Shown here: piece by piece, positions 56,826 through 62,397 of the stretch | Layout of the letters: every line of letters begins with the position of its first letter | Numbering within the stretch: the stretch's first letter is position 1 | IMG/VR virus record: IMGVR_UViG_3300044640_001993 | Coordinates: 1 to 62,397 of that record | From: a virus | Lineage: Duplodnaviria > Caudoviricetes | Reading direction: 5' to 3' (one strand) | Length of the DNA: 62,397 bases | Notes under the pieces: model-generated | The model's input: the letters and a program-made list of their open reading frames with translations, nothing else | Told to the model about the DNA's origin: nothing | The model's database searches: none | Program-made: the position numbers and the translations under genes

Positions 56826-57686
56826 ATGACTACTATAGCATTATCTCCAGCAGTTCTCAAAGCAGTTAAAGACGGAATTGAGTTTTACACTATTCAGACT
56901 ACAGGTGAATCTGGAATGTCCTCCGCAGGTTTAGCTAGAGCTTGTGGGCTAGACCCTAGTACAATCTCTAAACTGTTGAAGGCACTAGTGAACAAATCCC
57001 CCTCTGATATCCTAGAACCTTTTGTAGGTAATAGTTTGGACGATTTGTCACTCATGACCAACTCAAGTTTAAACAACGCCAACATCCTAAAAGACACTTT
57101 TTGCGCGGCTGTAATAACTCATTATGCTAAAGCTGGAAAGATAGAAGCTGCCAATAATGTTTGTAGGTTTGCTGCCGCTGGTATCAGAACTTTCATCCAC
57201 AGTCAAACTGGTTGGAAACCGCAGGAGCCAGAGTATAAGCTGCCTACTAACTTTCTTGAGTCCTTGGAGATGTTAGTAGCTGTAGAAAGAGAACGCGCTT
57301 CACTTGCTGCTGTTAACGAAGAGTTACTAACTACTAACAGTGAGCTAGTACCTAAAGCTCAAGCAGCTGAAATTCTTTTAAAGGCTAAAGATAATCTAAC
57401 TTTCCAAGAAGCCGCGCAGTTATTAAATATTCCAGACATAGGTAGAAACAATCTCTTTAAGATCTTAGTAAAGCTTAAATACCTTATAGACACTGCTCAT
57501 CCCTACCAAAAGTACGTTGACTTAGGCATCTTCACTGTTATTGAGAAGACTACAGCTTACGGTGGAGCGATGCAGCAGGTTTTGATAACTCAAAAGGGTA
57601 TTCAGTACCTAATCCCCAAACTAGCAGAGCAGGGTTATAAGTCTAGTAAAGTAGCAGAGCCTTTTAAGTTGTATGCTGTAAGTTAA
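56826..57686 (+). CDS. Phage antirepressor (KilAC/ANT C-terminal domain)
   Basis: LPTNFLESL...PKA...IGRNNLF..L...PYQKYVD.G.F...LITQKG; N-terminal GESGMS..GLAR DNA-binding module. Confidence 0.88.
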   Translation: MTTIALSPAVLKAVKDGIEFYTIQTTGESGMSSAGLARACGLDPSTISKLLKALVNKSPSDILEPFVGNSLDDLSLMTNSSLNNANILKDTFCAAVITHYAKAGKIEAANNVCRFAAAGIRTFIHSQTGWKPQEPEYKLPTNFLESLEMLVAVERERASLAAVNEELLTTNSELVPKAQAAEILLKAKDNLTFQEAAQLLNIPDIGRNNLFKILVKLKYLIDTAHPYQKYVDLGIFTVIEKTTAYGGAMQQVLITQKGIQYLIPKLAEQGYKSSKVAEPFKLYAVS

Positions 57687-57766
57687 AAAAGAGAAAAAAA
57701 GAATAATTAAAAGAAAGAAGAGAAAGAGGAGGAATTTATTATACTCTTTCTTTTTTTTCTAAATAG

Positions 57767-57888
57767 GATAGGAGGCGGGACTTGAACCCAGCAATTAGGC
57801 ATCACTCATAAGATACGAGAAGAGTTAATTACTCTCTTCTTGCTCAGTCTAGTTTATTTGCCTTGTGATACCCTTTCACCACTCCTTC
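57767..57888 (-). ncRNA. tRNA-like RNA with an ~55-nt anticodon loop
   Basis: D arm, AGGCA/TGCCT anticodon stem, T arm GGGTTCAAGTCCC, imperfect acceptor stem. Confidence 0.55.
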
Positions 57889-57949
57889 ATAATCAAAATA
57901 CTTCTAGTTTCTTGGAGGTATTATAAGGGGCGTTAGTGACAAACATCAG

Positions 57950-58021
57950 TCTGAGCGGCAAGAGTTGAACTCGCATTTTCCTGTTCCCAAAACAGGCGGC
58001 TTACCATTAGCCCACGCCCAG
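57950..58021 (-). tRNA. tRNA-Pro(TGG)
   Basis: Cloverleaf; CCTGT-TT TGG GA-ACAGG. Confidence 0.9.
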
Positions 58022-58024
58022 TAA

Positions 58025-58096
58025 CTGCTTCACTAAGAGTCGAACTTAGACTATCCGCTTTAACAGAGTGGCGCACTGCCATTATGCTATGAAGCA
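58025..58096 (-). tRNA. tRNA-Asn(GTT)
   Basis: Cloverleaf; CCACT-CT GTT AA-AGCGG. Confidence 0.88.
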
Positions 58097-58173
58097 TTGT
58101 TGTATTGATACATTGTTAGTACGCCTGAACATAGCTAACCCAGTGTATCACTGGCTTCTCCTGTTAGGGAGAA

Positions 58174-58244
58174 CGAGGGTGAGCGGTAACGATCCGCCTT
58201 CTTCCGATAGACAATCGGACATAATGCCTCTATACTACACCCCC
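58174..58244 (-). tRNA. tRNA-Asp(GTC)
   Basis: Cloverleaf; TCCGA-TT GTC TA-TCGGA; atypical T loop. Confidence 0.85.
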
Positions 58245-58248
58245 AAGG

Positions 58249-58330
58249 CGGAAGGTGCTGGAGTCGAACCAGCTCACCATCTCTGATGACTAATTAGCAG
58301 TTAGTTCCGTTACCGTCCCGGCCACCTTCC
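58249..58330 (-). tRNA. tRNA-Ser(GCT)
   Basis: ACTAA-CT GCT AA-TTAGT; long variable arm. Confidence 0.9.
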
Positions 58331-58333
58331 AAA

Positions 58334-58418
58334 CGGAGAGAAAGAGAATCGAACTCTTGACGGGTTTCAACCGCAGGCGTTTTCAAGACGCTTTCCTCTT
58401 CCATGCCGGTCTCTCTCC
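58334..58418 (-). tRNA. tRNA-Ser(TGA)
   Basis: GCGT-CT TGA AA-ACGC; long variable arm. Confidence 0.88.
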
Positions 58419-58562
58419 ATGCTTTCCCTTACATCACTAAGGATGCTAACGTTAAACCTTTGGTTAAAGGTGGGAAATATACCGGGCTTGATTTCTTCGC
58501 AACAGTGCCAAGATGCGTCTACAATAGCTCCAGTGTAGTGCTGGTTCTCGCATAACGGGAAG

Positions 58563-58636
58563 TGCTTTCTGTTGGACTTGAACCGACAACCTTCGGTTTC
58601 GTAGACCGACGCTCTATCCAATTGAGCTAAGAAAGC
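58563..58636 (-). tRNA. tRNA-Arg(ACG)
   Basis: TCGGT-CT ACG AA-ACCGA. Confidence 0.92.
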
Positions 58637-58637
58637 T

Positions 58638-58712
58638 TGGTACTGGTAAGCAGAATTGAACTGCTGTTGCCGGGATGAAAACCCGGAGAATTAACCACTA
58701 TTCTATACCAGC
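58638..58712 (-). tRNA. tRNA-Glu(TTC)
   Basis: CCGGG-TT TTC AT-CCCGG; encoded CCA. Confidence 0.9.
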
Positions 58713-58713
58713 T

Positions 58714-58789
58714 TGGCACTCTCTGGAGGACTTGAACCCCCGACATCAGGTTTTGGAGACCCGCGTTCTACCAACTGAACTAAGAGAGT
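58714..58789 (-). tRNA. tRNA-Trp(CCA)
   Basis: CGGGT-CT CCA AA-ACCTG; encoded CCA. Confidence 0.93.
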
Positions 58790-58793
58790 GTAG

Positions 58794-58878
58794 TGGGTAG
58801 GATAAGATTTGAACTTATGTATCTCTTCCGAGAATCAGCTTTACAGGCTGCTTGCTTTAACCACTTGCATATCTACCC
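58794..58878 (-). tRNA. tRNA-Tyr(GTA)
   Basis: CAGC-CT GTA AA-GCTG; long variable arm. Confidence 0.9.
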
Positions 58879-58937
58879 AGAATCTGGCAGTAGAGAGAAG
58901 GTCAAGTGTATACCTTCTTGCTCTCTCCACTAAAACC

Positions 58938-58965
58938 AGTATAGCTTACTGTTATAAATTGTCAA
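58938..58965 (-). promoter_or_regulatory. Sigma70-type promoter upstream of the tRNA cluster
   Basis: TTGACA-N16-TATACT on the minus strand. Confidence 0.7.
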
Positions 58966-59050
58966 GTTGGTTGAGAAAGTTTTAGATTAGTCTTGCCCCC
59001 CCCCCCAACTAACCTAAAACGTATAACCTTGAAGGAGAATTTATGGGCAA

Positions 59051-59160
59051 CCGGAGTGGGAAGATTTGAACTTCCATTTAGCAGTCACGTTGAGGCGTTT
59101 GCGCTTATCCTGCTGTGGTCATCCTCGCCTACCACTGCCTTACCAATCAGCCACACTCTG
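59051..59160 (-). ncRNA. tRNA-like RNA with an ~45-nt anticodon loop
   Basis: Acceptor CAGAGTG/CACTCCG, D arm, GTGGT/ACTGC stem, T arm GGAAG-TTCAAAT-CTTCC. Confidence 0.6.
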
Positions 59161-59284
59161 TTGAAGTCTCTTCTGATGTTTAGGAATTACTTTAATTGGC
59201 GGTCTATTACAGGGATTTAATTATCCAAATTCCCAAACCCTGCTGAATTGCACAGCACAACATCCTAGTTCTGAGACTCTTTTA

Positions 59285-59671
59285 CTATATTAACGCAAGT
59301 CTACAATTTTCTCCTACTTTTACAGCTAGACCTACTTGAGTCCGCAACTGGTCTGTGTACAACTGGTCTGTGTACCCTTCTTTGCTCCATGCTTCAGCAG
59401 TTCCTTTTGGGTTTCCTCCAACATCTTCTACCCAGTTAGAGTGTCCAAGATGTTTATCTAACAAAGCTTTTGTATTGTTAACAAACAAGTCAAACGCACT
59501 GCTGCTTAGACCTTCCTTAAAGTCATTTCTAAATATTAAACAATTGCCTTCTAACCAGTCTAGGTCTGCTTTGACATTTCCTGATTGTCCTATTTTAGCT
59601 GGAGACAGGCGTAGATAAGGGTCTGCATTTAGCTCAGAAAATAAATCTTCGAGTTCTTTTGAAAAATCCAT
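59285..59671 (-). CDS. Hypothetical protein
   Basis: 128 aa with GAGG RBS. Confidence 0.75.
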   Translation of the reverse strand: MDFSKELEDLFSELNADPYLRLSPAKIGQSGNVKADLDWLEGNCLIFRNDFKEGLSSSAFDLFVNNTKALLDKHLGHSNWVEDVGGNPKGTAEAWSKEGYTDQLYTDQLRTQVGLAVKVGENCRLALI

Positions 59672-59706
59672 AGTTAGTTCCTCTTGTTTACGTTAACGTT
59701 TGTAGC

Positions 59707-59910
59707 TTATATCCATTCTTCATGATCTAGAATATTATAACCTTCTGGTTGTTCTAATACCCATACGGCTTTATCTCGGCGGTAATCTGCTATAAGCCAC
59801 CATGTGCCTCCTATCAATTGTCTGATAGGCTGAAATGAGTATAGCAGATCTAAAAGTTCATTAATCACGGACTTAAATCTCCTGGTTTCCTTTGTAATTT
59901 TGTAAGACAC
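59707..59910 (-). CDS. Hypothetical protein
   Basis: 67 aa, packed in the minus-strand block. Confidence 0.55.
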   Translation of the reverse strand: MSYKITKETRRFKSVINELLDLLYSFQPIRQLIGGTWWLIADYRRDKAVWVLEQPEGYNILDHEEWI

Positions 59911-59919
59911 TACTTGTGA

Positions 59920-60192
59920 TTATTTTTCTCCTACCCACTTATAACAATCCACCTTCATTTTTGTATTTATTACTTCTACAGTCTTGTCTGCTTGGTGTCT
60001 ATAACTTTCTTTTTCTTTATCTGTTAATCCAGAGTAGTCAGTGTTGACCTGCCGCGTCCACCTCTCTACCTTATCGGCAGGGATGGTTAAAGAACCGTCT
60101 TCATTCTTGACACAAACTGAAAACTGGTACTTTGTCCAATGAGCCCAGATGGCGTGCTGGGTGGCTGCTAAAGCTTCTCTCAATATGTTCAT
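59920..60192 (-). CDS. RyR-repeat-like small phage protein
   Basis: LA...H..W...YSGLTDKEKESYR resembles the RyR repeat consensus. Confidence 0.65.
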   Translation of the reverse strand: MNILREALAATQHAIWAHWTKYQFSVCVKNEDGSLTIPADKVERWTRQVNTDYSGLTDKEKESYRHQADKTVEVINTKMKVDCYKWVGEK

Positions 60193-60209
60193 GCTCTTTT
60201 AAGGCTATT

Positions 60210-60670
60210 TTATCCAATCTTTTGGAATTTTTCTGTTGCTATTTTCTGTGCCTCTTTTTTATCTGTCGCCCAGACATAAAAAGTATAGCTCTGAGAATCT
60301 TTATCAAAAGTGTATCCTTCTTCTACAGGGGAATTACTTTCCCAAATATGTTCTGCCTTGGAGTTTGGATAGAAAGAGTACCCTTCTTGTTCTTTAAAAG
60401 AACGACCGTACCACCCTTGTTTTACGTACACTTGTTGAGGATGCAACGATACCTCGAAAGGCAGCCTTCCATCAAGCTCCGGCAAAGGTGGAATAGTTTC
60501 CACCTCTACCTCTTCAATGTCTACATGGTTGTAGTTTGCCTCTATGCCCCAAAGAAATTTTGCTCTTTCTGCCTCCTCAAGGGATGGAAAAGTACCATGA
60601 ATTTGGTAGTCTTCATATTGCCCAGAAGTTAGTTGATAGACTTTTTCTATTAGACTTTTTCTCTCTGCAT
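60210..60670 (-). pseudogene. Phage hypothetical gene disrupted by a 14-nt duplication near its start
   Basis: Removing the duplicated 14 nt joins ATG 60670 (MQREKVYQLTSGQYEDYQIHGTF...) in frame with ORF 60210..60503. Confidence 0.6.
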
Positions 60671-60739
60671 TACTATTTGTTATTGTATCCTATCTGTGAC
60701 ATACCCCACACTCTTCTTAGCAGGAGGGCTTTATTGTCT

Positions 60740-61009
60740 CTAATCTTCATACACATCAAATACTACTGTTCTAGACCCCCACGCTTGTGCAAACTCAGCA
60801 TCTGTTCCTAGTTCTGTCAAGTTTCTTTTGACTATTTCTTCAGACACACCACTATAAAGTTCTAACGCTGTGCCATCACCTTGTAAGGCTTCCGCCAACT
60901 CTGGGAATACTTCTTGTACGTAATCTGGACTTTTCCACAACTTGTACACAAAGGGTTTGTGTACAAGTAGTTGTTTGTCTGTTAAAGCTTGAGCAAAGTT
61001 TTTAGACAT
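60740..61009 (-). CDS. Hypothetical protein
   Basis: 89 aa with GGAG RBS. Confidence 0.7.
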   Translation of the reverse strand: MSKNFAQALTDKQLLVHKPFVYKLWKSPDYVQEVFPELAEALQGDGTALELYSGVSEEIVKRNLTELGTDAEFAQAWGSRTVVFDVYED

Positions 61010-61389
61010 TGTACTCCCAAACCTCCTCTCCAGTCTCTCTTAACAACTCTGGCTTCAAGTTTTCTATGGCGTTTAACGCGAACTGTACTTGTAACTCATT
61101 AGCGGGCGCAGGAAGTACAATTGGTGATCGCTGATATTTATCCCATTCATCAGATGTATCAAAGAATAACCTCTTGCCTGAGACACCTTTTCCTTTAAAC
61201 TCATCTAGCTCATCAAAAGCTATAACGCCTTTCTTTGCTCCTTTTGCTCTCTTCTCCACAACTAAAAAAACCACAGTTCTCAAGAATTATTTTATAGCCT
61301 CTTTCAAGTAGCCTTTCTAAAAATAAGCCTAAATAATCTTGTCTAGTATTTTTTAGATTTTCTACTAAGCTTTGGTCAAAGTTTTTCAT
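61002..61389 (-). pseudogene. Hypothetical gene with an apparent +1 frameshift in a T7 run
   Basis: ATG 61389 has a GGAGG RBS; span is 3n+1; deleting one base at 61264-61270 fuses it to ORF 61002..61283. Confidence 0.55.
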
Positions 61390-61542
61390 CTAAACCTCCA
61401 GGAGACCCCCACCAAAACTGTACTCAGTTTGGTGATGGGAGAAATGGAGGGTTAATTGTGAAACGTCCAACTGTCTAGCCTGTGCTGAATGAATTGGGTC
61501 TAATGGTCTTTTTTCAGTGTCTAAAACAAATACTTTTGACAT
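61390..61542 (-). pseudogene. iscB: Truncated iscB (PLMP/RRXRR N-terminus only; similarity ends after ~25 codons)
   Basis: MSKVFVLDTEKRPLDPIHSAQARQL matches the N-terminus of cyanobacterial IscB; AAGGAGG RBS; directly downstream of the omega RNA. Confidence 0.8.
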
Positions 61543-61547
61543 AAAGT

Positions 61548-61854
61548 CCCTCCTTGCGGGTAATGTTAGCTGATGCTTACGGCACGCTGCGCGAACGACC
61601 AGTTATAAGAGCTTGCTTGAGCTTGCAACACTGTTCCAGTGACCTTAGAACTGTTTAATCACAAGCGACAGAGCGGGGAACTAGTGAGGCAGCGCGATCT
61701 TGGGGGTTTCCCCCATGAGCGACTGCTGAACCCTGAAGGGGCTTCGCATTCCAGGGTGTTGTGACTCAAAAAACGTAGTCAGTGAAGACTTAGACCGGTC
61801 AGTACAGCTTGCAATTTCTTACAAGCTCAGTCCCTTTAGGGCTGAGTTACTGAC
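61548..61854 (-). ncRNA. IscB omega RNA (HEARO) at the end of an IS200/IS605-superfamily element
   Basis: 5' GTCAGTAACTCAGCCCTAAAGGGACTGAGCTTG hairpin, GACTACGTT, GCTCTGTCG, TTAAACAG and CATTACCCGCAAGG blocks, just upstream of the iscB start. Confidence 0.8.
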
Positions 61855-61914
61855 ACTCATGAATAATAATTTTTGGCATTTTTTATCACCTGCTTTCATT
61901 TATTTATTAGCATC

Positions 61915-62068
61915 AACAACGCCAGAGAATAAATTCTCTGTCTCATAGCTGAAGTCGGTTGAAACCCACTAAAATTCCGGTTGTTAGTTATACGTCGCAA
62001 GCTGACAATATAAAATCCCTGGTTTCATCCTGTTCATCCTTTAATCGGTGGATATCCTGATTCTGACA
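61915..62068. repeat. Cyanobacterial-type intergenic short repeats/palindromes
   Basis: CAGAGAATAAATTCTCTG...AGTCGGTTGAAACCCACT and CATCCTG...ATCCTGATTCTGACAA elements, recalled as dispersed repeats of cyanobacterial chromosomes. Confidence 0.45.
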
Positions 62069-62138
62069 AAAAAATTTTCTCGCTATGCGAGAGGGACAAG
62101 ACAAGAAAAGAGCAAGAGGGCAAAAGCGCATAGTGCTA

Positions 62139-62397
62139 TCAAGTCCTCGCCGCACCACCACACACAACCCGAAAACCAATATAGTCGGTGTTGTAGGCGA
62201 GATTGCTGTGGTAGCGATAAGCAGAACGGCAATGTGCAGGAAAGTAGTACCACGAACCACCGCGCAGCAGCTTTCTATCACTACTCTCTTCGCTGCTTAA
62301 CCATGCGCTACCATCTGTAGGCGCACCTTCATAGTCACTATGCCAATCATCTTGACACCATTCCCAGACGTTGCCGTGCATATCGTATAATCCAAAG
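62139..62397 (-). CDS. 3' end of an FGE-sulfatase (C-type lectin fold) domain protein, probable DGR target
   Basis: [16 protein letters not shown]...LLRGGSW...CRSA.R...IGFRVVC; the 5' part lies outside the window. Confidence 0.9.
   Translation of the reverse strand, partial: FGLYDMHGNVWEWCQDDWHSDYEGAPTDGSAWLSSEESSDRKLLRGGSWYYFPAHCRSAYRYHSNLAYNTDYIGFRVVCGGAART

Noticed and set aside
58421-58560. Additional tRNA in the spacer between Ser(TGA) and Arg(ACG)
   Set aside because: I could not fold a T arm or acceptor stem
59051-59160. Bacterial Y RNA (YrlA) or tmRNA
   Set aside because: The ends lie in the acceptor stem, unlike YrlA; a D stem is present and there is no tag ORF, unlike tmRNA
58068-59220. 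ORFs 58068..58286, 58367..58621 and 58993..59220
   Set aside because: They overlap tRNA or tRNA-like genes
61988-62320. ORFs 61988..62281, 62048..62320 and 62085..62300
   Set aside because: Alternative frames over the FGE-domain gene and its downstream repeats

Overview
Bases 1 to ~61,467 are part of a large contractile-tailed (myovirus-like) phage or prophage of a cyanobacterium, judged by at least 15 HIP1 GCGATCGC sites and cyanophage-type fibre motifs. Layout: (i) 1-4.4 kb, an array of small minus-strand genes, each preceded by a DNA hairpin plus T-run and a small RBS hairpin, with one slot filled by a ~300-nt structured non-coding RNA candidate; (ii) an iteron-like repeat region at the strand switch; (iii) a virion module with PAAR, baseplate parts, tail chaperone with a lambda-type GGGAAAG -1 frameshift, portal, Mu-I-like protease, major capsid, fibres, sheath, tube, baseplate and an intein-containing terminase; (iv) an antirepressor, 9 tRNAs and 2 tRNA-like RNAs with expanded anticodon loops; (v) small genes, two of them apparently disrupted. 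The last ~930 bp look like cyanobacterial chromosome: a truncated iscB with its omega/HEARO RNA and the 3' end of an FGE-sulfatase/C-lectin gene with a DGR-type variable region. The main candidate for a new system is a 3931-aa protein in the tape-measure position. It carries ordered motifs of both double-psi beta-barrels of a two-barrel RNA polymerase (catalytic GDYDGD) fused to two N-terminal PLD-like motifs, and it may act on the hairpin-led early gene cassettes. All family calls are by-eye motif recognition; no database searches were run.
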